Below, piece by piece: positions 23,204 through 36,612 of a stretch of DNA of 64,000 bases. Within the stretch, counting starts at the first letter, position 1; each line of letters opens with the position of its first letter. This DNA is from Marsupella aquatica (lineage: Eukaryota; Plantae; Marchantiophyta): contig OZ316894.1 in NCBI GenBank assembly GCA_973895155.1, positions 2,682,457 through 2,746,456 on the forward strand, written 5' to 3'. The notes under the pieces are model-generated. The model ran no database searches. It had not been told where the DNA came from and saw nothing but the letters and a program-made list of their open reading frames with translations. The position numbers were made by a program, and so were the translations under genes.

Positions 23204-25676
23204 AATCAGGCCTAGTACAAGTCATCAAATACATCAGACTCCCTACTGCCTTCTCATAAGGAATCTTAGCCATCAGACCTTTCTCCACAACATCCGTAGG
23301 AGAAAAAGCCGATGATAACTTGAAATGTGAAGCTAAAGGAATACTCACTGGCTTACAGTTCTCCATGTTGAATCGTGCAAGTACTTTCCTCGCATACTAG
23401 CCTTGACTCAAGCACAACTGTCCAGTCTTAGAGTTCCTAAAAATCTCCATCCCTAAGATCCTCTTGGCCTTACCAAGATCCTTCATCCTGAATTCAACAC
23501 TCAATTTTGCCTTGAGACTATCAACCTCAGATTGATCTTTAGCCACAATCAGCATGTCATCCACATAGATCACCAGAATGATGAAACCAAATACATCATT
23601 CTTGACTGATTTCATATATACACAAGGATCATACACCATCCTTGTAAAACCTTGAGCAAGCATGAAATCATCAAACCGCTTGTTCCATTGTCTGGGAGAC
23701 TGCTTCAATCCATACAAGGACTTGAGCAATCTGCAAACTAAGTTCTCTTGGCCCTTCTTCATAAAGCCTAGTGGTTGTCTCATGAAGATCAACTCTTCCA
23801 AGTTGCCATAGAGAAAAGCAGTAACAACATCCATCTGATCCATCACCAGACCAAAAAACACAACAAGCTGACACAAGATCCGAATTGTGGAATACTTAGC
23901 CACCAGTGAAAAGACCTCATTGTAGTCCACTCCTTTCTCCTGAGTGAATCCCTTGGCAACAAGCCTTGCCTTGTAGATCTTATCTCCACCCTCTGAAGGA
24001 CTGTCCTTCACCTTGTAAATCCACTTACTGTCCACCACTTGCTAACCTCTTGGAAGCTCCACCAGCTCCCATGTCTTGTTGTCACTCAAAGATTGCAACT
24101 CCCTTTGCATTGTTGCATTCCAATCATGCTTCTGCTCTGAAGCACAAGCCTCACTGTACGAAGAAGACTCTCCTTCTTCCAAGATCAAAGCCATATCATC
24201 TTCATCAGGTGCAATGTCAATATCATCTAGCTTAGATGAGTCTGCCCATTGACCATACCTGGTAGGAGCTTTAGTAGAACGACTAGAAGTTCTTCTAGTA
24301 GATGACTCAGGTTGATCTACTGCTGCTGCTGGTTGAATTTGAGGTACCCCAGCAACAATCTGCTCCTCTTGTTCCATCACAGGAACTAGCTCCAAGCCCG
24401 GAGCTTCTCCATCTCTCCTGCCATGAACAACATCTGAAATCTTACAGATCCAAGTCCAACAACTTGACATGGGATTCCATTTCCCATCAACACTAACTCG
24501 TTGGAAACCATGTAAGAACTGAAAAAATCTCTCCTAGAGCAAATGTGAAAAGTACATGTATTATCTAGAATCCAGTTATCACTACCTAGATTTGACACTA
24601 CGTTGAGCATAACCTTGACATCACAATATGTCATCATCATCAAGTAAATCTACCTCATGCGAGCTTGATGTCGCGTTAGCAGATGCAGTAGGGACCTTTA
24701 CTCGACAATCCCTTTTCATGTGGCCAGGCTTGCCACAATTCCAACATGCAAGAGGCTTCCTCTCTTGCAATTTCCCTCTAGATTTAGATCTCCCCCGTGA
24801 TGTAGATCTAAACCTGTTCTGCCCATTCGTGCGCTGCGCTGCTCTTCCCCTGTTCACATTGAGCGCAGTGCCAGAAGAAGATGTTGTCTGTGATTGATCC
24901 AACTTCTTCTGAGCATCATCAAACTGTAAAGAGCTCACCACCTCATTATACAAAATGGACTTCAGATCTCTGTACAAGAGCACCTATTTCAAGCCCTGAT
25001 AAGACGGCGGTAAGGAGCTTAGCAAAAGCAAGGTCTTATCCTCATCTTCAACTCCTTTTCCCACGTTTGACAGATCCACCGCTAGACTATCAAACTCATC
25101 CAGGTGATCCTGCATCTTGCTCCCTTCCTTGAGCCTGAGGCTCATCAAGAGAGACTTCTTGTACAACCGGTCTGACGCATCTTCCCGGTAGTACTTCTCT
25201 CTAAGAGCCTTGAACAATGACGCGCATTCCGCATAATCATCCAGCTGCTTGATGATGTGCGGCTTGAGATATAGCATCACTGCGTTGACAACAATCACCT
25301 GCTCCTGTCTCCATTGTCTCACAGAAATCTCCTCCTCTCCATCATACTGCTCTCGCAATGAAAGCAGATGAGCTAAGCCCATGGCCCATAGAACACCCTT
25401 CACTTGCTTCTCCCAGAGCAAGTAATTAGTACGATAATTGTACTTCTCCACCTCAAACTTTACTCCTCCGAATCTTGCCATCTCCCTCTTCTTTCCTACT
25501 ACCAATAGCTCTGGTAGTAGTACAGCTTCCTCCACTGCACGCCTCACAGGTGATTGTACCGGTGATACAAGTTCCTCCTCAAACGGTAGCAGCTCCTCCT
25601 CAGACTCTCTGTGTGATCGTTGCGATCTTGAAGCTCCACCGACACCAATTCTTCTAGTATCCTCCGAGTCACTCAT
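23204..25676 (-). pseudogene. Copia-1 gag / protease / RT remnants; integrase and RNase H missing
   Basis: UBN2-type gag; CWNCGKPGHMKRDC knuckle; WILDNTCTFH protease; RT motifs YKARLVAKGFTQ, SLYGLKQSPRQW and YVDDML; RT ends at CTRPD. Confidence 0.9.
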
Positions 25677-27128
25677 ATGAAACAATCACGAAAAAATGTA
25701 TTTTTTCGAAACTTCTCACAAAACTTGAAACTCAACACCCCTGCATAGCCCACAAAGCTAGGAGTCCAATACTGAAAGCCAAAATCAAAATCAAAATTTG
25801 ACAGAAAAGTTATTCAAATTTCGGTTGGGGTGGGTAAAACCTTGGGAAACTCCCCCGTTTTGACCACCTCGGAGAATAACCAAAATACCAAGTACAACCC
25901 GTCATCGGATCTGTGATGTGATCGGTGCGCCGCGTTGCTAACTCCAGTGGCAACGTCCCCGCCAAAAAAGAACCAAAAAAGTTACCGTTTGGCGGATGGA
26001 ATCTTTGTCGGACGGCCAAAAAAAAGCTCTCTATTTTTTGGGAATATTCCCGCATAGCACCGCAGGTCTCACAGGGGGCCATTCCCCCTGTCGAAGCGGT
26101 TAAAATGCCGGGTCACCTGGCCCGGGAGAACCAATAGAAAGAGTCAGGGAAAGAGTTAAAAATTGGGGCCCTAAAGGGGTTGTTTAAGCCCCTTACCAAG
26201 AAATACACCCGGTATGGGGCCGGGGCACACAAAGGGCGTATCGGACGAGGGTGTACGCATGTATTGTGTCAGGGCGTATGCCAAAAGGAGTCTCAGTGTC
26301 GGGAGGGGGGACAAAACAAGGGCGACCGGCGGTAGCAGCCTACCGTCGCGCAAAGGCGTGATACAAAAGGGGAAAAAAAGGGGGGGAAATCGTGATACAC
26401 ACAAAAAATTCACCCTAAAGTAACCCCAAAAAATGTCGAGTTAAACACAAACAAGGCCGGTTACAAACCTAAACCGTCGCCGTTTCCAATGAGAAAACAA
26501 CGAGTTACCGACAGGATTTGTTGCCGAATCACACCGGCGCCGTCTGCAACTCCAGCAGTGTAAAAGCTCCCGCCGCATCGCCTTCACATAGCGTCAAGTG
26601 CCAATCCCGGGCTCAAAATGACTGCCTTGCCGCGATCAAACCGTTGAGCCGTAGCACTTTGCGTTTCTTCCACCAAGTCGGACATCATGAAGAGAAACCT
26701 GGTTCAGATGTGAACAAGCTCCATAGCTTGTGAAAAAACCTGAACGCCTCCTTCACTCGTCACGACGCACTCGGTAACAACTCGGCAGCAATCCACCTAC
26801 CGAAACGACCAGCTCGCTTCAACCTTCAACTTGAGTTACAACATGCGACGCCTCCCGCACTGCACAGCTCACACCGTTGAAAACACAAACTCTGGTCTCT
26901 CCCCCAAAAAACTGTCGAACACGAATAAAACCTGAATGACGCAAACTTTGATTCCTCCGCACCACGGATACCGATCAGCAAGTTCTAACCACCGTTAGAA
27001 AGCCCTCTCACCTACCTATCTGCACAGCCACACACATTCAAGTTTCATGCAACGAAACTCCGAATGTACCATTGACAATGAACGCTGGAAAAACCTGTCA
27101 TGAAAAAACCTCGTCACCTCCCAGGCAT

Positions 27129-27140
27129 GCTCTGATACCA
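27129..27140 (-). promoter_or_regulatory. Primer-binding site (tRNA-iMet) of Copia-1
   Basis: TGGTATCAGAGC on the - strand, 2 nt inside the 5' LTR boundary. Confidence 0.93.
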
Positions 27141-27142
27141 CT

Positions 27143-27486
27143 TGTTGAGCATAGACGACATTCGTAACAGCAAGCCCATGAACCATCCAATGCACAATAG
27201 TCGACACAAAGAGATACGTGGTTCACCTCCACATGAGGCTACGTCCACGGGAACACACAAGAGCTTTACTGCACTCTATGCCGACTGGCCATACCAAGCA
27301 TCCACATCACAAGCTCTCCCTATCTCTTGACTAGCTCCGTAACAATGAGCCTAAGTTCCACCAGGGTCTGGCATCAGCCCTGGCTATATGCACAACAGCA
27401 CTACCGCTAACATTAGCTAAGTTCTAACCTGAGTTAGACTAACTATGGTTACCTCATGAGTCACAAGACTAGAGCAATATCTAACA
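27143..27486 (-). repeat. Copia-1 5' LTR
   Basis: Direct repeat of 11577-11920. Confidence 0.95.
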
Positions 27487-28779
27487 CCACAAAGCACCCT
27501 TGTCAAGCTAGATCCTCCCTCGCCAAACACTGCTCAACCTCAACCCTATCACAGAAACTCAAGTAGGCTAACTCCGATAAACCCGTCACCACTAGTGGCA
27601 ACTCCCATAGAAAGCCGCACATAATTCACCACGATTGATAGTCACAAACTCAACTTCAACTCATCAATAGCCTGCACACGTATACGGATCCCGATTGTAA
27701 ATACTCCATTCAAGGTAGTTAGGCATAACTTGGTCATTCAGTCTTGTCTCAAGTTCAACAATCATTGGTGAACGGGCTAGCAAATAGAAGTTCTCAAACT
27801 TGCGAGTCTTGCCATAAGCAGAACAAAGGATCAACACCCATTGCTCATTGGAGAAACTTTTATTTTGGGCATGACGTTACTCCCCAATTTCTATTCATCA
27901 ATACTTAACCGCCCTGTCTCCAGGAGATGCCCCTGGCCCTAAGCTCATAGCTTGTCCTCAAATGACGGGACCGCCTCAAGGTCTTAACATTACAACTCAC
28001 AAGATACAATGGAGTCACTCATGGCTTTGCTCAATTCTCATGACAAGCCTGTGCTCCTTTGCTCAGGGGTCTCAGTATATGGAGGCCTCCCCATCACCTG
28101 CCACAGTTTTAGGCCTCGGACCCCCTAAAATGCAAAATATAAAAAAATAATTGTAACCCCTACATGCTGGAATATTCCAGAAATTTGATTTTAAAAAGAC
28201 CCTAATACTCTTTTTAGGGTATTTGATTTAAAAACACCCTATTGTTCTTCCCAAAAATTCTTAACTTCTCCCTTAGAACTAATAAAGTGATCTTATACTT
28301 TGTCATACATGATGTGCCAATTTCATGAAAATGAAACCCCCAAGCTCCTTTGCCTACCTAGCTTCCAGCCCCCCTTTGGCATAGCTAGTCCTCACAATGA
28401 GTATGTACTAACCATCCTCCAAAGTTGGGCCCATTGAGCTACTGGATCCCCATCCAACCCCAATGCACATTCCAAGTTCATGCAAATGTAGCTCTCATTC
28501 ATATCTTTCCAACAATCCCAAAAACTCCTCAAAAAACGAGTTACAATCACAAAGATATTCATTGTTTCTATTTGGGTCACAGTCCCTTGTATTGGGAAGC
28601 GCTTATGGCTTCCTCCAAGACCATTTGAAGAGAGCATTTCCCTCATATACGCTTCTAGAGACCTATCACTCCTTCCCCAACCAACTCTTGTCCTGTAAGT
28701 TTGGACACCAACCTTGGTATCCAAACAGTCCAGGAGATGCCAGAGGGTTCCTGTTAAGTCTTTTCTTGCTTTTTGCATG

Positions 28780-29420
28780 AATTCATTCATCTTCACCATG
28801 TCTGCTGCTTGGTCTACCCCACCCTTGCCTCTTAGCCCAGCCCACGTGTGTCTGTGGAGTGACGCTGGACAAGGACATCCATATTTGTTGATGTGAGCAT
28901 GGTAATGAGGTCGGGTAGTGAGCAAACAACAACACTTGTTGATGACATTTGGGATGTGGTTGCGGCCATTGCCCTGGACTCTGGGCACCATGTCTTGATG
29001 GAGCGGCATCATGTATTACCACCCTAGGATGGCGTTCCAAATTGGTGTTATGCAAATGTGGTCTTCTCTCAGGCTGGTGTTCAAGGCATGGGGATGTGGT
29101 TGTGGCTGACCTTACTAGTGGGACCAACGTGGCAGCGGCTGCCCAGATACCGGGTTATGCAACTGCCCGGGCTGCACTGCTCAATGAGGGGGCTTATGCC
29201 AAGCGTTATTCATGGGACCTTTTCCACCCATTTTTTGTGGAGATCTCTAGGGCTCAACATCCTACCTTTGACCAATTGTTGCGATCATACGCGGTTCACT
29301 ATGCAGGTCATTATGTGGAGCAGAGGCCTTTTTCCCAGTGTCAGTTATCACAACCTTCTTTAGACAGAGAGTGTCGCTTTAGAGGACTTAAAGCATTCAT
29401 TGTTGTTTGTAGGGGTGAAA
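28780..29420 (+). mobile_element. Degenerate 3' fragment of an RLE-type (CRE-like) non-LTR retrotransposon
   Basis: Across frames: LGLPHP...CVCG..LD..H..C..G (CCHC), then DIWDVVAAIALDSGHHVLMERHHVLP and DVVVADLT...G.A...A...E..Y....D.F.PF.VE (restriction-like endonuclease pattern). Confidence 0.6.
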
Positions 29421-32400
29421 CAGTTAGTTTTAGGGCTCCAAGGCACATTCCTTTGCTTGACCCTCCCAAGCATTTTACCCCAGAGCCCTACCAGGCTCTT
29501 CAGTTTGCCCCTCGTTAGGTTTTAAGGTAGGGTTTGGTTGTGTTTCTTTGGTTTTTTTTGTTGCCCTCCTTCATTGGACCTTTCACCGTTGGGATCATGC
29601 CTCCTGGTTGGGCGCCTTTTGTTTTCTGGCAATTTGAAATATAGTTAGTTTCAGACATTGAAACTAATACATGTCAGAATACTTATATAGAGGCCGTATT
29701 TTTCCAAGGCACATGACAGGTGGAAAAATATAAAAGTTGGACCAATGATACTGTGACAGGATATTCCTATTTTATGATTTTCTTTCTAAAGCAAAAAGCA
29801 ATGAAATACTCTATGCAGGTTAAAAATGTATCTGGCAACATACAAAACAATATCTTTTTTTGTATCCTAAGCTCTTTACAAAATTTGTTGATTTCACTGG
29901 AAAATGCCTACTTTATAATGCATAGATTTGTACAATTTTCCATGTAGACTCCCCTATATTGCAACGGGCGTTGTAAACAAGTCAAAACCATTTTTGAGCT
30001 GACACACCCCATTTCAACATTTTTAGTAGAACATACAAGCTAGCAGTCCTTTTGGGGGAGCCCCCATTAGCCCTCGCCTGGCTTCAATATGAAAGGCACT
30101 TGTTGACTTTTGCAATGTTGATCACAGGAGTGAAGTGATTGTGCATGAAGGAAAACAAACTGCCTCCTTCTAATGTAGGGTTTCACTTCCTCCAAGTTGT
30201 TCAGCAGATGTGCATCATCACACCTTCCAGACACATCTTTATTGTAACTCTATATTACATTTGATATGTACCTACCAAAGTTCTTCTTTCCACCACTTCC
30301 TTGCTCTTTGAAACAATCTGTTAATATATATAAAGTACTGCAAAGGAAGAAAAAGTGTCATACCAGGGGGTGTCATACCAGGAGACAGGATCCCAGAGGC
30401 ACCGAACCCAATAAAGGGGGCAACTAAAAGGGAAAAATCCATTAATACCTAAGAGCCAGAAAAACCCAAGAGTCCGGAAGGAGAATTAGAACCCTATTAA
30501 TCAACAAGCGGGAAAACCTGGTAGAGCTGAGGGATATGCTTAGTAGACCCCCTCCTGGAAAATTTTCGCTTAATCAAACCCCTGGATACTTTTCCCCAAT
30601 CTGGACCGTTGATGGACCTTTTGATCTCAGATCTGGGCCATTCATAGACCTCAGGGTGTCGATCAAGTAACAAGTTTCATTTTGCGAGTTGATCAAGCAA
30701 ATACCTCGGTAGAGCTAGTGGGAAGAAGTATTGGATGTTGAATGATTGAGTTCCTCTAGTTTAATTGTTTGAAACTGGAGCTCGCATAAACCACAATATT
30801 TGACAAGTTTTGGTCTGTGGGAGTATTCAAATCAAACACTCTTGTTCCTAGTTTCTTCATAACATGTCTAAGTATGGTGCTGTATTTTATTATAAACTTA
30901 TTCACTCAAGTTTAGTGTGGAATTTAGTGATGTTGATATGGGATGCATGGGATCAAGTGAAATTTGTTCTTCAAACATGTCACCTTGAAGAGTTTATTGA
31001 GATTTGGACTTTTTCCCACGTCTACTGTGGCATAATTTTATTAAAGGCACAGATCTACAGTAGATACTGCAAAGCTTGCATGATAGGATCATAAACAAAT
31101 ACTTGAGAAGCAACTTGTCAAAGTAGACTTTGGATTACGTCAATCACTTGTTAGAATCTGAGATCTAGAGTAAATATCCTAGTTGGCCCATTTGCGCCTA
31201 GAAACCCAAAGAAAATCCACCCATGGCTAGAAGCAAGAGGAGGTCGGTATTAGGGCTCTAGACAAATTTCCTTTAGTCTTGAATATAATTTACTTTTGAG
31301 TTTTATCAGCTTTTTTCAATGTACTGCTAAGTAGAGTTCCTTTGGTCTTAGTGGAGCTTTTACCCTTGTTTACTCCCCTTTACTGGGTTTCCTACCCCGG
31401 ATTCCTTATCAAATGGATGGCCATTTCTTTATGGCCAAAAGTCATCACCAGTATTGGTGAAGCTTTGAGACTCCCTATTGATCACAGCCAAAAGGGAAGC
31501 AGAAGCGCTTGAGCACATCAAGCTTCAAGCAAGCTTCAAGCATCAATAGTGTAGCACATCTAGCATCAATGTTGTTTTTGATAGGGTACATAACTGCTGA
31601 GAGCTTTGCATAAGAGAAGGTTTTTAGAGAGTTTGCAAGGTAAGAGCGTTGACCCATGGCATCCAGTTACACCAGCTGCACCAAAATTTCCATTAGCCAA
31701 GACTTTCACTCTAACCATCCTAGGTGCTTTTTGGTCTTCCTACATTTTCCAAGAAAAAGACTTAATAGGACCCCTCTGGCATCTCTTGGACTTAACCAGA
31801 CCCTTGTGAATAACATGCCATGAAGACTTGGGCAAACAGGCAGTCACGGGGGTCTTGCTAAGTCTTTATGACATCTTGCTGGACTGTTAAGTTAGAGTGA
31901 AAATCTAGGGTTAGAGTGAGAGTCCAGGGTTAGAGTGAAATTTCTTGGACTTTCACTCTAATCCTTGTTTTTTCCTCTATTTTGGGTTTCCTATTGTAAG
32001 GACCTTGTTTCACCATTTGACAATTTTGTTCTTCAGCAGTGTGCTCTATATATCCATCCACAACCCAATATATTTAGTGAGTCAGCAAGACTTTATCTGT
32101 CAGAGCTATATATCTAACTATCCAGAACCCAATCTGTTTAGTGATTCAACAATATATTTTTACCATCCTCAGTGCACCCAAATTATCTAGTGCATCCAAT
32201 TCCACAAGACCCGCCTCTCGAGGTGAAAGGGAAGATCAGCCCTCAACACTTTCTGCCCACCCAATAGGCACGAGTTTTCTGCATCCACCCACGCATGTAC
32301 CTTGCATGGAGCACACGATGAATCACCCCTGCATGCCACTAACACACGCTTGAATGAGTTTGTGGTATCAAAACTCAAAAGGGGATTCTGCCCCTTCCAA

Positions 32401-33740
32401 TCACATGAGAATGAACACTGGATTTATTTGAACTGTAACCATTGACTCAAAGAAAATTCTGTCGTTGAACTATAACTTTTAGTTGTGGGCAAGGGAAGGA
32501 TGCATACCAGCGTTTTTTATTGGCAAAGTTGGCAAATTTGTACCTCACCAAAACCTTTTCTCACCTTTGGTCCAGCTTCTTGTAGTCCATTATTAGCCAG
32601 TTTCCGACCTGGCCACAGAGGAAGGGAAGGGTGCACACTAGCATTTTCTATTGGCCAAATTCCACCTCAATGAAAAATATTCTTCACTTTTAACAAAAAA
32701 TTGCCAAGCTTTTGTGGTCCATACGCCACTTTCCCACCTAGCCACCCATTAGCCACAACCTAAATTTTGGAGATATTAAATTAAGTGTATTCTTAGCATC
32801 TTCTTCTTCACACAAGATGCCATTCAACACAGGCCTAGAAAAATAGTCAAAACCTTAAAAACTTCCCTGGTGCAGACAATATGCTAGCGCACTCAAATGT
32901 GTAAGATTGAAGTTTTGCAGTGAATTCATATGAATCAGTCATTGAGTCGGTTTTTTTCTTGCAGTCATGCACTTGGTTACTTACTTTTATTTATTTATAA
33001 TAAACTTACGTGTCGTTTGAGTTGTGTTCTTCTTTTGGAAATCTGCTTCCAAGTCAGAGGGGTTCTCAATTAGACCCGTGGCTGCTCTCTCTTGTGGGCG
33101 ACTATAACCATATGCCCACTGCCAAATTAAATTTCCTAGGTTCTGGACAACCTGGTGAAACTTCTTTGAGTGGGGTGAAATGGAGGGCAAACATTCAGGC
33201 AGGGTCTACTAGCTAGTACTGACTTACTCTGCCTGAATTTCCAAGTATCAGTAGACCTGGTTCAGTAAAGCAAATGCTTTGGCAACTTCAAACGTGATTA
33301 ATCTTTATAGGGTAATGTCCTCTCAAGTGATTTTTCCCCTTGTTTTAAACAGAACAACTTATGTAAAATCCAATAACTCATAATTCAATAGAAAAAAAGT
33401 GCCAAAGAGGGACACAATCCCAAAGACAGGAGACCCAATAAAAGGGAGGGAACAAGGGAAAAACCCCAGAAAACCAAAGAGCCAAAAAACCAAAAGGCCC
33501 AAGAGTCCCCAACAAAGGCAGAAATAACTATAGCCCTACTGGGCACTACAGTGAAAATCATGAAAAGCATAGATACTAGTATTATACCTAGAATGTCTAT
33601 ATATGTTTAACTGCCAAAAAACAAAAGAGTATACAGGAGAGCACCATGCCCTGTACATGCCTATATATGTTAAACTGCCAGAAAACAAAAGTATCAAGGG
33701 GGACTAGATCCCAAGGGCAAGAGACCCCATAAAAAAACAA

Positions 33741-34010
33741 CTGGCCTCAAATGGCCAGTGAATTAGCCTAGAATTAAGAGGTCCAGGTTCAACCCCCCCC
33801 CCCTCAGCATGCAAGGGTTATGGAGTGTATGTGTGAGTGTCTGGGTGGGGTGTAGTCATGATGGGAGTCACACACAGCACAATAGAGTATCTTCATTTAC
33901 AAGTAGCTGTGCAGCCCTAAATTCTATGGTGGGCTTCAGGGTTTTAGCCCGTTAGTCCAAACAAAGAACTTATTGCACTAGTTGCTACGCCCCTCAATCA
34001 AAATAAAAGA
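33741..34010 (+). mobile_element. Candidate tRNA-derived SINE
   Basis: A-box-like TGGCCTCAAATGG (~33742) and B-box-like GGTTCAACCC (~33786) at tRNA-like spacing; A-rich end at ~34000. Confidence 0.3.
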
Positions 34011-34280
34011 TAACCCTTGAACCTGAAACCCTAAATTACTGTGGCAATTGCTATGACCTAAGATTCTCATTAGGTTCCAAGGAAAAATATACAGTACAGT
34101 CAATTGTCACTAAGTGCACACTCTATGAGTGAAAACCAACTCTGCTGTTTATTGCCAGCCGAGTCTTTCTTCCCTTTTTCCCCTGACCATTTTGCAGTTT
34201 GTTAAGGGGCAAGAGGTCTCCGTAGTTGGAAAATTGGAAGTGCAACCCCTCTACAAGAGTTTGCATTCTTTAGGCATAAA

Positions 34281-34612
34281 TGTTGAACTATGACGTCTTC
34301 CTTCATGACGATACAACCATGACTCACACCATACTCACGTAGTCGACACAATCCATACTTGGTTCACCTCTTCTCCAAGGCTATGTCCACACAAACATAA
34401 CAACTTTACTTCAAGAGTCGTCGAGCACAGAAGCTCTCTCTCGTCCTCAAGTTGCTCTGTTACAATGAGCAAGCACTACATACTAGTGGCTTACACTAGC
34501 CCTAGTATATGCAAGGTCACATACGACTAACCTAACCTTAGCTAAGTCCCTAACTGAGGTTAACCTAATTGCCGTAACCTTTGAGTCACAAGACTAAGAG
34601 CAATCTTTAACA
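34281..34612 (-). repeat. Copia-2 3' LTR
   Basis: Direct repeat of 49289-49620; TG...CA termini. Confidence 0.93.
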
Positions 34613-34860
34613 AACTTCCCCTTGACTCTAGTCTTGGGGACTGCAATTTCTGCTATCCATATGAGATACTCAACGAGAAATTCTAGACAATCACCTAAAA
34701 CCATAGGTGTCCTCCTAAAAACCATTTAAGGTTAACTAAGGGTTAACTAGAATTAAGTCGTAGCCATAATATGATTGAGTTAACCCATATACAAAAATTA
34801 CATATTGTTAAGTTACTCTCCTAGTGCTGCAAATGCAAAACTTGCAAAGTAGCACGGTGT

Positions 34861-35187
34861 TGTCACACCATTCTAGGTAGTGTTAGAATGTATCATACTA
34901 TCTAGATCCGTATGTTTGGTATGTGTGCTATATGAGCCGATAAGGTTCTGTCAGGTTTGTGTGAGAGGGTACTTCTCACTTGTGAGGCATTGAAAGGTCA
35001 TCTTTCAATGTTGAGCCTTGGAGAGAGATAAGCTTGAGTGGCTATGGCGGCTGTGAGCTCCGCTTGTGTAACATGGATTCCTTGAGTAGTGCAAGGTGCG
35101 TTGGCTTGACATACGTGTGTGATCGGATCGGTGCAGGATCGATGGGGTATTGTTGACCGGGATGTTGTGCCGATTGTATTGAGATTA
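34861..35187 (+). repeat. Gypsy terminal repeat B1 (327 bp)
   Basis: Direct repeat of 44004-44331. Confidence 0.92.
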
Positions 35188-36612
35188 CATTGAAAGATTG
35201 CTCAAACTCTACTGCTGTACGGACAAAGCTTCGATTGGAGGTTGTGTATTGGCGACGGTTTGTGGTAGTTCAAATCGATCGTGTTGTGTTGAAGAGGATT
35301 CGTGGTAGCTCGGATCTTATTGTTGACATTGTGTTGGAAGATCTATTATGCCAGGGAGCTGTTGTTTAAGCTTTCGACAATTCCCGAAGGGCTCTGAGAT
35401 GTGTTGATCAAAGGGCTGATCGGCAGCAGAGGGATCTATGCCCGTGTTTGTAGATTTGTTGGACAGGTTCCGGACGGTGTAGTTGACCTTGCTGCGATCT
35501 GTCCCAAGTTGCGATCTGTGACAGTAGCAATCGGATTTGACAGGGCCGGCTATGGCGCTACTGCTTTGATGAAGGAAACGAAGATCAAACTGTGAATGTT
35601 GCGTTTTGCGTCACTACTATTTCCATTCGATCATGTGTATGTTGCCGTCACCAAGCTGCGATTTTGCGTGAAGGGAATTGGCAGCCACGAAGTCGATGTT
35701 TTGTGAGGGAAATTAAGTCTGGATGTTGCGAGAACTGCTGTTGTTTCTGTCGGACTGCTATTGCGATCTGTAATTTTGCGAAGGGAACCGGGAGGCAGAA
35801 GCTGGATGTTGCCGAATCTGATTGTGTGATCCGGCATAGCGGTCGCATTTATGTGAAGGGAAATCGAGGGCAGAACCTGAATGTTGCCCAATCCAAAACT
35901 TGATCCGGCGTAGCGGGCGTGAAGGGCTCACTCTTTGGCTCATCTCGGCGTTCCGAGGCTTCGAGGCAACTCGTGGTTACTCGAGACGTGAGGGCGGAGC
36001 AGGAGCGGGCGGGTACGTGAGGAGAATTGCACGATGGAAGTTTGTGAATGAGAATTCTCCTCACGTACATCGCGCTTAACTATGTGGTTCTTAAGTGCTC
36101 TTGTGTACACACACTCCTTTCCACTTTGATGTTAATAGAATGAGCACTTAGGCATTTTATACACATACTAGTTTGTTTAGATTGCCATTTTGGGGCAAAT
36201 CATAAGCTCCCTCAAGGTTTTTGATGCTTCTGAATCCATCTAGATGCATGGATTGAACCAATTGTGCATGGATCCTTAGCTACAACCTTGAACATTGAGA
36301 GGCCTATTATGAAGGCCCCACATTGAACATTATGTGATTGATGTATGATCACTATTGATGTGGAGAGTTATTGTGGATCTCTTCTTGTTGATTGGATCCT
36401 CTCCACATATGCTTCCTGATTATGCGCCATGTTAGTTTGGCGTGGGCGCTTGATTCTATAGGAGTGATCCGGGTTTGCAACCAGACATTCTAGTTGTGCT
36501 ACGTATTTCTCTCTTGGTGATATTGGAGTGATGCCCAACACACCATGGTGAGTGCTTGTGGTGCTGACAGGGACAGATTGCCCTTAGGGTTAGCATATAG
36601 ATTAGGTTAGGG

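Larger units (their letters stand above)
11577..27486 (-). mobile_element. Ty1/Copia LTR retrotransposon (Copia-1), non-autonomous, carrying ~11 kb of foreign cargo
   Basis: 344-bp LTRs at 11577-11920 and 27143-27486 (TG...CA); TSD CCACA at 11572-11576 and 27487-27491; tRNA-iMet PBS; PPT; gag, PR and RT remnants. Confidence 0.95.

Noticed and set aside
27490-33400. Scattered short ORFs between the two Copia elements
   Set aside because: Apart from the RLE relic, no motifs could be supported; probably decayed repeats.
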